Source: Syntrophaceae bacterium
Lineage (GTDB): Bacteria; Desulfobacterota; BSN033; UBA1163
Reading direction: 5' to 3'
Length of the DNA: 64,000 bases
Assembly (NCBI GenBank): GCA_013388645.1
Contig: JACAEV010000230.1
Coordinates: 1,716 to 65,715 of the forward strand
Part shown: positions 43,539-52,551 of the stretch, one piece after another
How positions within the stretch are numbered: the first letter of the stretch is position 1
How the letters are laid out: each line of letters opens with the position of its first letter
Translations under genes and position numbers: made by a program
The notes under the pieces: generated by a model
Told to the model about the DNA's origin: nothing
Database searches by the model: none
What the model saw: the letters and a program-made list of their open reading frames with translations, nothing else

Positions 43539-44210
43539 TCAACCCCTTTTCATGATATAACCGACTCCCCGGATCGTATGGATCAGTTTGGGTTCCACTC
43601 CCTTATCAATCTTTTTCCGAAGATAATTCACATAAACATCCACCACATTGGTCATCGAGTCGAAATGGTAATCCCAGACATGTTCTGAAATCATCGTACG
43701 AGTGAGGACTTTATCTGGATTTCTCATAAAATATTCAAGGAGGGCATATTCCTTTCCGGTGAGCTCGATCTCTTTGCCTCCTCTCATGACTTTATGGGTG
43801 ACGAGGGATAAGGTCAAATCAGCGATCTTTAAAACCGGCTCTTTTTCCATTTTCTCTCGACGCAAAAGAGCACGGATTCTGGCCAAAAACTCTAAGAACT
43901 CAAAGGGCTTTGTTAAATAATCGTCACAGCCTGAATCTAACCCCCTTACAATATCTTCCACGGAATCTTTGGCGGTTAAAACCAACACGGGGACATTATT
44001 TCTGTTTCTCCGAATTCTCTTTAACACCTCTAAGCCATCGATCTTGGGGATCATCAGATCGAGAATAATCAAGTCGTATTCATTGACTTCTGACATGTAA
44101 AGTCCTGATTCACCATCATAGGCATTATCCACAGCATAGTGTTCTTCTTCTAAGCCCTTTTTTATAAAATTGGCAACTTTTTTCTCATCTTCGATGAGCA
44201 ATATTCTCAT
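43539..44210 (-). CDS. OmpR-family response regulator
   Basis: REC (ILLIEDE...D...K) plus winged-helix trans_reg_C. It is translationally coupled to the downstream kinase. Confidence 0.85.
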   Translation of the reverse strand: MRILLIEDEKKVANFIKKGLEEEHYAVDNAYDGESGLYMSEVNEYDLIILDLMIPKIDGLEVLKRIRRNRNNVPVLVLTAKDSVEDIVRGLDSGCDDYLTKPFEFLEFLARIRALLRREKMEKEPVLKIADLTLSLVTHKVMRGGKEIELTGKEYALLEYFMRNPDKVLTRTMISEHVWDYHFDSMTNVVDVYVNYLRKKIDKGVEPKLIHTIRGVGYIMKRG

Positions 44211-44333
44211 TTTTCCAATTCACCCCTTTATAAGGAATGATCTCGTTTGGATGACTTGTGAAATGGATAGGGAAATCAATAACATTATAAATTTATTGCG
44301 GAAAAAAGCAATAGAAAATAATCACCACAAATC

Positions 44334-44362
44334 TTGACACTTTAGTTCAACTTTGTTAGCAT
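44334..44362 (+). promoter_or_regulatory. Candidate sigma-70 promoter for the C-N hydrolase gene
   Basis: TTGACA (44334-44339), 17-nt spacer, TAGCAT (44357-44362). GTG start at 44400 has an AAGGGG RBS. Confidence 0.4.
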
Positions 44363-44399
44363 TTTCGAAATTTTTGATTTAGAAAAAAGGGGTGAGCCG

Positions 44400-45251
44400 G
44401 TGATCAAACTGGCAGGAATTCAACTATCTTGTTGCGAGGATAAAGAACGGAATATTGATAAAGCGATCAAATTCGCACACATCGCCATCGAAAAGGGAGC
44501 TCATATCATTTGCTTCCAAGAACTATTCACCACCCATTGGTTTCCGAGAGAAATGAGAAAAGCCTATTTTTCCTTGGCCGAAAGGAAGGATGGGTTGACC
44601 ATTACAAAAATGCAAAAGATCGCTGAAGAAGAAAAGGTCGTTTTAATCTGCCCTATTTTTGAAATGGAAGGAGATTTTTTTTATAATTCTACCATTGTCA
44701 TCAATGCGGGCGGAGAAGTTCTTGGAAGTTATCGAAAGATTCATGTTCCTCAAATTCCCCTTTGGGAAGAAAAATATTATTTTTCCTCAGGAAACCATGG
44801 TTTTCCAGTTTTTAACACAAAGTTTGCCACCGTCGGCATTCAGATTTGTTGGGATAATTTCTTTCCGGAGGGGTCAAGAATATTAGCCCTAAAAGGAGCC
44901 CAAATCATTTTTTCTCCGACGGCGGCTGCTTTCGCTTCCCAAAGAAAGTGGGAGACGGTGATCGCAAGTAATGCGGTGACAAACGGGGTTTATATTTTTA
45001 GGGTGAATCGAGTGGGAAGCGAAGAAAAACAAGATTTTTATGGGAGGTCTTTCTGCGTCTCCCCAGAGGGGGAGCTCGTCGATAAACCGACAGGGATGAA
45101 AGATAGCATTGCGTTGATTGAAATAGATTTGAAAAACATGGATAAGGTGAGAAAGGAATGGCCTTTCTTGAAAGACAGGAAACCTGAATTGTATAAAGAA
45201 ATAGTCGAGGATACTAATAGTCCATTGACAAACCCTAAGGATGGTCTTTAG
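44400..45251 (+). CDS. Carbon-nitrogen hydrolase family protein (nitrilase/amidase superfamily)
   Basis: Catalytic triad context E...K...C (GIQICWD). GTG start. Confidence 0.75.
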   Translation: MIKLAGIQLSCCEDKERNIDKAIKFAHIAIEKGAHIICFQELFTTHWFPREMRKAYFSLAERKDGLTITKMQKIAEEEKVVLICPIFEMEGDFFYNSTIVINAGGEVLGSYRKIHVPQIPLWEEKYYFSSGNHGFPVFNTKFATVGIQICWDNFFPEGSRILALKGAQIIFSPTAAAFASQRKWETVIASNAVTNGVYIFRVNRVGSEEKQDFYGRSFCVSPEGELVDKPTGMKDSIALIEIDLKNMDKVRKEWPFLKDRKPELYKEIVEDTNSPLTNPKDGL

Positions 45252-45342
45252 GTGATGGCAAGGAAGCCCGTTTGGTCAATGGTCAAAAGGCGAAGGGAAA
45301 GCCGTAAAGGCCAACGACCTCACCCTTCTACCAAACAGGCAT

Positions 45343-45357
45343 CTTTACCTTAACCTT
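45343..45357. repeat. Telomere-like CTTTACCTTAACCTT motif, copy upstream of lepB
   Basis: A member of the CCTTAA/CCTAA repeat family seen at five intergenic sites in the window. Confidence 0.5.
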
Positions 45358-45387
45358 GTGGTCGAAGCCTTTTTAAATGAGGAAATC

Positions 45388-46020
45388 ATGGGGAAGAAAA
45401 ATTTTTTTAAAGAATATGTTGAGCCCATAGCGCTTGCGATTTTAATTGCTTTGTTTATTCGAGCCTTCGTGATTCAGGCGTTTAAAATTCCATCGAGTTC
45501 CATGGAACCCACCTTATGGGTGGGAGATCATCTTTTGGTCAATAAATTTATTTATGGGATCAGAATTCCCTATTCAGATAAAATTTTTGGTAAAAGCAAA
45601 AAAATTTGGGAATGGAAAAAACCTCAGCGGGGGGAGGTGATCGTTTTCATCTTCCCGAAAGATCGCTCAAAGGATTTTATTAAACGGGTCATTGCCACCG
45701 AGGGTGAAAAAGTTGAGATCATTCGAAATAAAATTTATATCAATGGGCAATTGATCGATGACCCATGGGGTCACTTCTCGATGCCCAGATCCTCCATTGA
45801 GGACTATGCTCCTGTCAAAGTCCCTCCGAACTGCTTATTTGTTATGGGGGATAATCGTGATAATAGTCAAGATAGCCGGTTTTGGGGCTTTGTGAATGTG
45901 GATGAGGTCAAAGGGAAAGCCTTTATCATCTATTTCTCTGGTCCCAATATGTTGAATATATTACTCCCATGGACATGGGGAGATATTATGTGGACGAGGT
46001 TCGGTAAGCTGATTCATTAA
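45388..46020 (+). CDS. lepB: Signal peptidase I
   Basis: TM helix, catalytic S (PSSSMEPTL), K (KRVIATEGE) and GDNRDNSQDSR box. Track GTG at 45358 is replaced by ATG 45388 with a GAGGAAA RBS. Confidence 0.8.
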   Translation: MGKKNFFKEYVEPIALAILIALFIRAFVIQAFKIPSSSMEPTLWVGDHLLVNKFIYGIRIPYSDKIFGKSKKIWEWKKPQRGEVIVFIFPKDRSKDFIKRVIATEGEKVEIIRNKIYINGQLIDDPWGHFSMPRSSIEDYAPVKVPPNCLFVMGDNRDNSQDSRFWGFVNVDEVKGKAFIIYFSGPNMLNILLPWTWGDIMWTRFGKLIH

Positions 46021-46976
46021 GGGTGGGACTTCTTTTTTCGAAAGACGTTTTCCTTGACCCATTGGATATCTTTTTCAATTTGTTGGATGAGTTGGGCAGG
46101 TGAATCGAAACGGATTTCATCGCGGATTCTCCTTTTAAAACTGACTTGAATCTCTTCCCCATAAAGGTTGTGATGAAAATCCAAAATATAGACCTCAAAG
46201 GAGAGGGGATTCCCTTTCCCTGTTTTTTCAGTTGCAAACGTAGGATTCCAACCGATATTCGCCAGACCGTTTAATTGTTGTTGACGCCACTCCACCTCGA
46301 CAGCATAAACCCCGGCTTTTGGATAGAGTTCATCAGAGATTTCCAAATTGGCTGTGGGAAAACCTAATGTTTTTCCCCTTTGGGCGCCTTCTACCACTTT
46401 TCCAATGATCGGATAATCTCGCCCCAATAAGATCGAAGCTTCTTCAATCTCTCCTGCTTGAATCAGATTTCTTATTTTCGAGCTACTGACGATGGTCGAG
46501 CCAATTTTTAAGGGCTCTATCACTTCCACGTCAAAGTGAAATACCTTTCCTGCCTCTTCGAGGGTCAGAGCGTCTCCCTTTTGACCTTGGCCGAAATGAT
46601 AATTATATCCGATGATCACTTTTTTGACGTTTATCTTGTCCACCAATATCGTTTTGATAAAATCAAGGGGTGTCATTTCTGAGAAGGTCAGTGAAAATTC
46701 TATGCAAAGAACCGTATGAACACCAGATTTTTCGATCAAGATCATCTTTTTCCTGTAAGGGGAAAGGAGAGGCAAGAATTTTTCAGGAGCAAGGACTTTG
46801 AGCGGGTGAGGTTCGAATGTGATGACTACTCCCTCTCCATGACTTTTCAATGCCTCTTCTTTCACCCTCTGGAATATTTTCTGATGCCCTAAATGGACGC
46901 CATCGAAATTCCCTAACGTGACCACAGGGTTTTTGAAGGACCTCTTTAAATTTTCAATCCCATTGATAATTTCCAT
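46017..46976 (-). CDS. ribF: Bifunctional riboflavin kinase / FAD synthetase
   Basis: FMN adenylyltransferase N-terminus (VVTLGNFDGVHLGHQ) and riboflavin kinase C-terminus (GFPTANL...E.Y.LDF). Confidence 0.85.
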   Translation of the reverse strand: MEIINGIENLKRSFKNPVVTLGNFDGVHLGHQKIFQRVKEEALKSHGEGVVITFEPHPLKVLAPEKFLPLLSPYRKKMILIEKSGVHTVLCIEFSLTFSEMTPLDFIKTILVDKINVKKVIIGYNYHFGQGQKGDALTLEEAGKVFHFDVEVIEPLKIGSTIVSSSKIRNLIQAGEIEEASILLGRDYPIIGKVVEGAQRGKTLGFPTANLEISDELYPKAGVYAVEVEWRQQQLNGLANIGWNPTFATEKTGKGNPLSFEVYILDFHHNLYGEEIQVSFKRRIRDEIRFDSPAQLIQQIEKDIQWVKENVFRKKKSHP

Positions 46977-47052
46977 GGTAATTCCTTGACTTTAACCCAA
47001 AAAAATATAAAATAGTATCGTAATATTTTCAATGTGATGAGTCATGAATGAG

Positions 47053-47072
47053 GGTTACCCTAACCTTAACCC
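47053..47072. repeat. Telomere-like GGTTACCCTAACCTTAACCC motif, immediately 5' of tRNA-Leu
   Basis: A CCCTAACCTTAACCC copy of the same repeat family; it ends 10 nt before the tRNA. Confidence 0.5.
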
Positions 47073-47082
47073 AGGTTTAAAA

Positions 47083-47171
47083 GCCGAAGTGGCGGAATTG
47101 GTAGACGCGCTAGATTCAGGGTCTAGTGGGAAGTAGTTCCTGTAGGGGTTCGAGTCCCCTCTTCGGCACCA
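47083..47171 (+). tRNA. tRNA-Leu (anticodon CAG)
   Basis: Acceptor stem GCCGAAG/CTTCGGC, D-arm GCGG..CGCG, anticodon stem CTAGA/TCTAG with loop TTCAGGG, long variable arm, T-arm AGGGG-TTCGAGT-CCCCT, and encoded CCA. Confidence 0.85.
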
Positions 47172-47203
47172 AAGCAAAAATTCCATCATTCCAGTTACAT
47201 ATT

Positions 47204-49258
47204 TTACCTGCTTTTTGTTGAATAATTAAAATCAAATTTGAAGAAATCGGTGGGTATTTTTGAGGGAGGAGACACTTTTTGTGGTGGTCCAGTTCCTTCT
47301 ATAAAACATTCAAGAATCGATTCTCGATCCAATCCGACCTGACCTGTCTTCGGATCAATCTTCATAAACTCCACTCCCTCAGGAATGGAAAAATCCTTTT
47401 TGGGTTTGTCTTTCATTATTTTCGACATATAAGCAACCCAGATGGGGGAAGCAGCGCGAGCTCCGGTCTCATTTTCGCCCAATGACCTTTCCTCATCAAA
47501 ACCCACCCAAACTCCGGTGATCAATTCAGGGGTATAGCCAATAAACCAGGCATCCATGAACTGATCGGTCGTCCCCGTTTTTCCAGCCACTGGCCTCCCA
47601 AGGGATTTTGCCCTCCAACCGGTTCCATGTTGCACAACCCCCTCCATGAGGTAGGTGATGAGATAGGCCGTTTGGGGAGTGATGATCTGTTCCCCTTCAG
47701 GAAATTCTTCAAAATAGAAGAAGGGAAGATTTTCTTCAATAAGATTCCCGTCGCGGTCTAAAATCTTTTTAATGAAGATCGGTTTAAAAGACCTCCCCTG
47801 ATTAGCAAAAACGGCGTAAGCTTTTGTTAATTCAAAAAGAGAAATGCTGGAGGATCCGAGAGACATGGAAAGCTCATGATAAAGAGGAGAGGAGATCCCC
47901 AATTTTTTGGCGTATTCCCGGATATAATCGACCCCAATATCTTGAGCGATTTTCACTGTGACGACATTTATGGATTGGGTCAGGGCATTCCTAAAGGTGG
48001 TGGGTCCCGAAAATTTCCCTTCAAAATTTTTTGGCTTCCATCTTTGATCCCCCCATTCAAAAACAATTGGGGCATCGACGATGATGGAGGCAGGTGTATA
48101 GCCCTTATCTAAGGCAGAGGCGTAGATGATCGGTTTGAAGGCAGAGCCTGTTTGTCTTCTTGCTTGAATAGCCCGATTGAATTGACTTTTTTTATAGTCT
48201 CGCCCCCCGACCAAAGCCTTCACATAACCTGATTCGATATCAAAACAGATCAGAGCTCCTTCCAAATTCAAAGGTTGATCTCCTGGAGGATACTTTTGCC
48301 TCTTTTCAATTTCTTTTAATCCGGACTCCAAAGCCTCTTGAGCGGTCTTTTGGTAGCTCAGATCGATCGTGGTGAACACTTGCAAACCCTTTTTATAAAG
48401 AGAGTCCTTTCCATATTTCTCTTCGAGATAGCGTCTTACATGTTCGACAAAATGAGGCGCCTTTTCGATAAAAGGTTTTTCTTTACTTTTTATAAAATAG
48501 GGGGTTTGAGCAGCTCTGATCGCCTCCTTTGATGAGATAAAACCTTCTTCGACCATCCGGTTGAGGATATAGACTTGTCTTTTTTTTGCTTGTTGTGGGT
48601 TTTGATGGGGCGAGTATTTGCTGGGAGCCTGAGGGAGTCCAGCCAATAGAGCGGCTTCTGCAACAGTCAACTCTTCTATGCTTTTTCCAAAATAATTTTC
48701 CGCTGCCATGGCCACGCCATAGGCCCCATGCCCCAAATAGATTTGATTTAAATATAAAAAAAGAATTTCCTCTTTGGTGAGATACCTTTCGATTTTATAA
48801 GCTAAGATGGCCTCACGAATCTTCCTCGCAAAGCTCTTCTCAGGCGAGAGTAAAAGGGATTTGACCACCTGTTGGGTAATGGTGCTCCCCCCTTGGACAA
48901 TCTCTCCAGAAAAAATATTTCTAAAAAGGGCCCTGAGAATGGCTAAATAATCTAAGCCCTTGTGCTGAAAAAATCTGGCATCTTCGCCTGCAACAAAAGC
49001 GTGGATGAGATAGGGGGGAACTCGATCCAGGGAGACAACCTCTCTTTTTTCATGGAAAAACTCACCGATCACCTCTCCTTCTTCAGAATATATTTGGGTC
49101 ACGGTGGAGGGTTTATAATTCTTTAAGGTTTCGATGCTGGGGAGATCGTGGGTGAAATAAAAATAGGTGGCTACCCCAAACACGGTAAGCGTGGTACTGA
49201 CGATCATTGTCACGGTGATGAAAATTTTGACTGCTTTTTCAAAACGATTTGTTTTCAT
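47204..49258 (-). CDS. mrcA: Class A penicillin-binding protein 1A (bifunctional glycosyltransferase/transpeptidase)
   Basis: Signal anchor, GT51 motifs (EDARFFQHKG, GGSTITQQ), and transpeptidase motifs STGSAFKP, SMS and KTGTT. Confidence 0.85.
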   Translation of the reverse strand: MKTNRFEKAVKIFITVTMIVSTTLTVFGVATYFYFTHDLPSIETLKNYKPSTVTQIYSEEGEVIGEFFHEKREVVSLDRVPPYLIHAFVAGEDARFFQHKGLDYLAILRALFRNIFSGEIVQGGSTITQQVVKSLLLSPEKSFARKIREAILAYKIERYLTKEEILFLYLNQIYLGHGAYGVAMAAENYFGKSIEELTVAEAALLAGLPQAPSKYSPHQNPQQAKKRQVYILNRMVEEGFISSKEAIRAAQTPYFIKSKEKPFIEKAPHFVEHVRRYLEEKYGKDSLYKKGLQVFTTIDLSYQKTAQEALESGLKEIEKRQKYPPGDQPLNLEGALICFDIESGYVKALVGGRDYKKSQFNRAIQARRQTGSAFKPIIYASALDKGYTPASIIVDAPIVFEWGDQRWKPKNFEGKFSGPTTFRNALTQSINVVTVKIAQDIGVDYIREYAKKLGISSPLYHELSMSLGSSSISLFELTKAYAVFANQGRSFKPIFIKKILDRDGNLIEENLPFFYFEEFPEGEQIITPQTAYLITYLMEGVVQHGTGWRAKSLGRPVAGKTGTTDQFMDAWFIGYTPELITGVWVGFDEERSLGENETGARAASPIWVAYMSKIMKDKPKKDFSIPEGVEFMKIDPKTGQVGLDRESILECFIEGTGPPQKVSPPSKIPTDFFKFDFNYSTKSR

Positions 49259-49267
49259 TATAATAAC

Positions 49268-49312
49268 GGAACCGGCACCTCAACCTCAACCTTAACCTTA
49301 ACCTTAACCTTA
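49268..49312. repeat. Tandem hexamer array (CCTCAA)2(CCTTAA)5 in the divergent mrcA/GT2 intergenic region
   Basis: Perfect head-to-tail 6-nt units, 35 nt upstream of the candidate -35 of the GT2 gene. Confidence 0.8.
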
Positions 49313-49346
49313 ACCTTAACCTTTTTACTCTTTTCTGTATAAATTC

Positions 49347-49374
49347 TTGACTTCTCATTGGGAAGGATATAATA
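49347..49374 (+). promoter_or_regulatory. Candidate sigma-70 promoter for the glycosylation gene cluster
   Basis: TTGACT (49347-52) and TATAAT/ATAATA (49368-49375) with a 15-17 nt spacer. GAGGAG RBS before ATG 49431. Confidence 0.45.
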
Positions 49375-49430
49375 ATAAGTCAATTTTTTCAACTTTTCTA
49401 AGGCGCTTGAAAAAAAGAGGAGATAAGTGA

Positions 49431-50387
49431 ATGGAAGGCAGATTAGAAAAGACTCTTTCGATTCTTATCCCAGTTTTTAATGAGGAGGGAAATCTTTCTC
49501 TCCTATATCAAAAGCTCGATGGGGCATTAAAAAAAGTAAAGACAGCCTATGAAATCATTTTTATCGATGATGGGAGTTCTGATGGAACATTGGAAATTTT
49601 GCTTGATCTTAGAGAAAAAAATCCAAACATCAAGGTAATCAGCTTTTCTCGCAATTTTGGACAAACCGCCGCCCTCAGCGCGGGCATTGACTTCTCGAAA
49701 GGAGATATCATCATACCGATGGATGGTGACCTCCAGAATGACCCAGAGGACATTCTCATTCTTCTCCAAAAAATTGATGAAGGATATGATGTGGTCAGTG
49801 GATGGCGAAAAAGCAGAAAGGATCCTTTTTTGACACGTCGGCTACCCTCTATCGTTGCTAATAAAATCATTTCATGGATCGGAGGTGTCCCACTTCATGA
49901 TTATGGGTGTACCATGAAGGCTTATCGAAGAGATATTTTAAAGAATATTCGCCTTTATGGAGAAATGCATCGATTTATCCCAATCTACGCCCAATGGATC
50001 GGGGCACGGGTATCCGAGATTCCAGTCCACCATTTTTCAAGAGGATATGGAGCATCGAAATATGGAATGAGCAGGGTTTTTAAAGTTATTTTGGATCTTC
50101 TGGTGATCAAGTTCCTTCTTAACTATTCTCAGAAACCCATCTATGTTTTTGGAGGGATAGGACTTTTAATGATCTTGGGTGCTTTTTGTGCTGGCTTGTA
50201 TGCACTCTATCTTAAATTTTTTGAGGAAACGTCTTTTATTTTAACTCCTCTTCCATTACTTTGTGCCCTTCTTCTGCTATTGGGCTTTCTTTCAATCCTG
50301 ATGGGTTTCTTAGCTGAAATCTTGACTCGAATTTATTATGAATCGCAAGGGAAACCTACCTATCAAATCAAAGAAACGATTCCATAA
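49431..50387 (+). CDS. GT2 polyprenol-phosphate sugar synthase (DPM1/GtrB/ArnC-like) with two C-terminal TM helices
   Basis: SILIPVFNEE, DDGSSDGT and MDGDLQNDP (DxD) motifs. The C-terminal membrane anchor is typical of Und-P-hexose synthases. Confidence 0.8.
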   Translation: MEGRLEKTLSILIPVFNEEGNLSLLYQKLDGALKKVKTAYEIIFIDDGSSDGTLEILLDLREKNPNIKVISFSRNFGQTAALSAGIDFSKGDIIIPMDGDLQNDPEDILILLQKIDEGYDVVSGWRKSRKDPFLTRRLPSIVANKIISWIGGVPLHDYGCTMKAYRRDILKNIRLYGEMHRFIPIYAQWIGARVSEIPVHHFSRGYGASKYGMSRVFKVILDLLVIKFLLNYSQKPIYVFGGIGLLMILGAFCAGLYALYLKFFEETSFILTPLPLLCALLLLLGFLSILMGFLAEILTRIYYESQGKPTYQIKETIP

Positions 50388-50610
50388 TTACCTATGTTTG
50401 TGGGTCACTCCTGCTTACCAAAGGTGAGCATGGAGGATATGAAATTGATATCATCTATCAACAATAAACGTTCAGCGATGAACAACGAACATTTCATCAT
50501 CCTCTGTGTTCACTGTTCACTGTACCTCGTTTATTGTATGTCACGAGCTCTAAAACGAGTATCGTCACCGTCAGCCTTTTTGATAGTATTGCGGATGCGG
50601 GCACAATAGT

Positions 50611-52524
50611 ATGTGCGGTATTGTCGGACTCCTCACATCAAAAGCAAATGATATTCCAGAAAATAATATTTTGGAAGAAATGCGAGATGTTCTGGTTCAT
50701 CGAGGCCCTGATGATGTGGGGGAATATATCCGCTCTTTAGATGAAAAAGGGCCTTTTGTTTTCTTGGGTCACCGACGCCTGAGTATCATTGATTTAATTG
50801 GCGGCCACCAGCCTCTTTCTAATGAGGATGGAACGGTATGGGTGGTTTTCAATGGAGAGATTTATAATTTCAAAGAATTAAGAGAAACATTGAAGGGGAG
50901 AGGGCACCAATTCCGAACTCAATCCGATACCGAAGTCATTGCCCATGCTTATGAAGAATATGGGGAAGGCTGCTTTCAGTATTTCAATGGAATGTTTGCA
51001 ATTGGAATCTGGGATGAAAAATGGAATCGACTGGTTTTGGCAAGAGATCGCTTGGGGGAAAAACCCCTTTATTATAGTGACATCAATGAGACCTTTCTTT
51101 TCGCCTCTGAATTGAAAACAATGATGCTTTATCCTCTCTTTACCAGAAAGGTCGATTCCCTTTCCTTAATGAAGTATCTCTTCTACGAATTCATCCCCTG
51201 TCCTCATACGATTTTTAATGATGCAAAAAAACTTCCGCCTGCTTCTTATCTCACCTGGCACAGAGGCAAAACGGAAGTTAAGGAATACTGGTCTCCTTTG
51301 GATTTCCTAAAAGGAGAAGAAAATTTTTCAGAGACCGAAGCTATCTTGAGAATAAGGGAGCTTTTGAGGCAATCTGTGAAACGCAGACTTATCAGTGATG
51401 TTCCTCTCGGAATTTTCCTTAGCGGAGGGATTGATTCGAGTACTGTTGCTGCGTTGGCTCAGAAAGAGAATCCAGGGAAAATTGAAACATTTTCAATCGG
51501 TTTCGAAGATGCTTCATTTGACGAGTCAAAATATGCCTCGCTGGCATCCAAACATATTGGGACTAAACATCACGAACAGACCATGACCCCTACTGATTTA
51601 TTAAATATCGTCCCTCAACTTCCAGATATTTTAGATGAACCCATGGCAGACGCTTCTATCCTGCCGACCTATCTCCTTTCTAAATTTACGCGAGAATATG
51701 TGAAGGTGGCACTCGGAGGAGATGGAGGAGATGAACTTTTCGCAGGATATCCCACTTACTTAGCTCATAAAATTGCAAGGCAGTATGAGCAAATTATTTC
51801 TCCCCTCCACCCCATGCTCACTTTCTTAGGTAGCCTTCTTCCCGTTTCGGATAACAATATCAGTTTTGACTTCAAGGTAAAAAAATTCCTTTCCGGCATT
51901 GGTTATTCAGATAGCATTCGTAATTTTATTTGGCTCGGGTCTTTTTCCTTCCCGGATTTCCTTCAAGTTCTATCTCCAAAGATCACTCCTCAGTTTGATC
52001 GAGTCCGATTGGTGGAAGAAATTTTGGCGTATGAAAGGACTTATCCACTGAAAGACCGGACAAGCCTTCTCCAATTTCTTGACCTAAAACTATATCTTCA
52101 GGAAGCTATTTTGGTTAAAGTGGATCGTGCCAGTATGGCATGTTCATTGGAAGTGAGAGCCCCCTTTCTTGATTACGAGTTCGTTGAGTTTATCATGGGA
52201 CTTCCTTCTTCAATGAAGCTAAAAAGATTCACCTCAAAATATATATTGAAAAGGGCTATAGAATCTTACTTACCTAAGGAGGTGGTTTATCGGAAGAAAA
52301 AAGGGTTTGGAGTTCCGATTGCCAAATGGGTGAAGGGCCCCTTGAAAGAACTGTTTGGTGATCTCCTTTCTCCTGACCGAATTGGAAGAGAGGGATTCCT
52401 CAATCCTGAATATGTGACATCTCTTCTCCAAGATCACCTAATGAATAAAAGAGATAATAGAAAGCAACTCTGGACTTTATTGGTTTGGGAACTTTGGGTA
52501 AACCGATATCAACCCTTACTTTGA
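50611..52524 (+). CDS. asnB: Asparagine synthase (glutamine-hydrolysing), AsnB family amidotransferase
   Basis: N-terminal nucleophile MCGIVG, PP-loop SGGIDSS, and a C-terminal synthetase domain. 637 aa. Confidence 0.85.
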   Translation: MCGIVGLLTSKANDIPENNILEEMRDVLVHRGPDDVGEYIRSLDEKGPFVFLGHRRLSIIDLIGGHQPLSNEDGTVWVVFNGEIYNFKELRETLKGRGHQFRTQSDTEVIAHAYEEYGEGCFQYFNGMFAIGIWDEKWNRLVLARDRLGEKPLYYSDINETFLFASELKTMMLYPLFTRKVDSLSLMKYLFYEFIPCPHTIFNDAKKLPPASYLTWHRGKTEVKEYWSPLDFLKGEENFSETEAILRIRELLRQSVKRRLISDVPLGIFLSGGIDSSTVAALAQKENPGKIETFSIGFEDASFDESKYASLASKHIGTKHHEQTMTPTDLLNIVPQLPDILDEPMADASILPTYLLSKFTREYVKVALGGDGGDELFAGYPTYLAHKIARQYEQIISPLHPMLTFLGSLLPVSDNNISFDFKVKKFLSGIGYSDSIRNFIWLGSFSFPDFLQVLSPKITPQFDRVRLVEEILAYERTYPLKDRTSLLQFLDLKLYLQEAILVKVDRASMACSLEVRAPFLDYEFVEFIMGLPSSMKLKRFTSKYILKRAIESYLPKEVVYRKKKGFGVPIAKWVKGPLKELFGDLLSPDRIGREGFLNPEYVTSLLQDHLMNKRDNRKQLWTLLVWELWVNRYQPLL

Positions 52525-52551
52525 TTTTATCTTATCAGTGTCAATGCTCCC

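Noticed and set aside
49268-49312. Tandem repeat array considered as a CRISPR
   Set aside because: Units are 6 nt with no intervening unique spacers, and there are no cas genes in the window. It is a microsatellite, not a CRISPR.
49148-49342. 64-aa ORF ending TSTSTLTLTLTLTLTF
   Set aside because: The (TL)n tail is just a translation of the CCTTAA hexamer array. The region is the divergent promoter between mrcA and GT2 and is not coding.
50394-50609. 71-aa Cys-containing ORF between GT2 and asnB
   Set aside because: There is no RBS before its ATG and no recognisable fold. The region is dominated by inverted and direct repeats and is better explained as a structured spacer.
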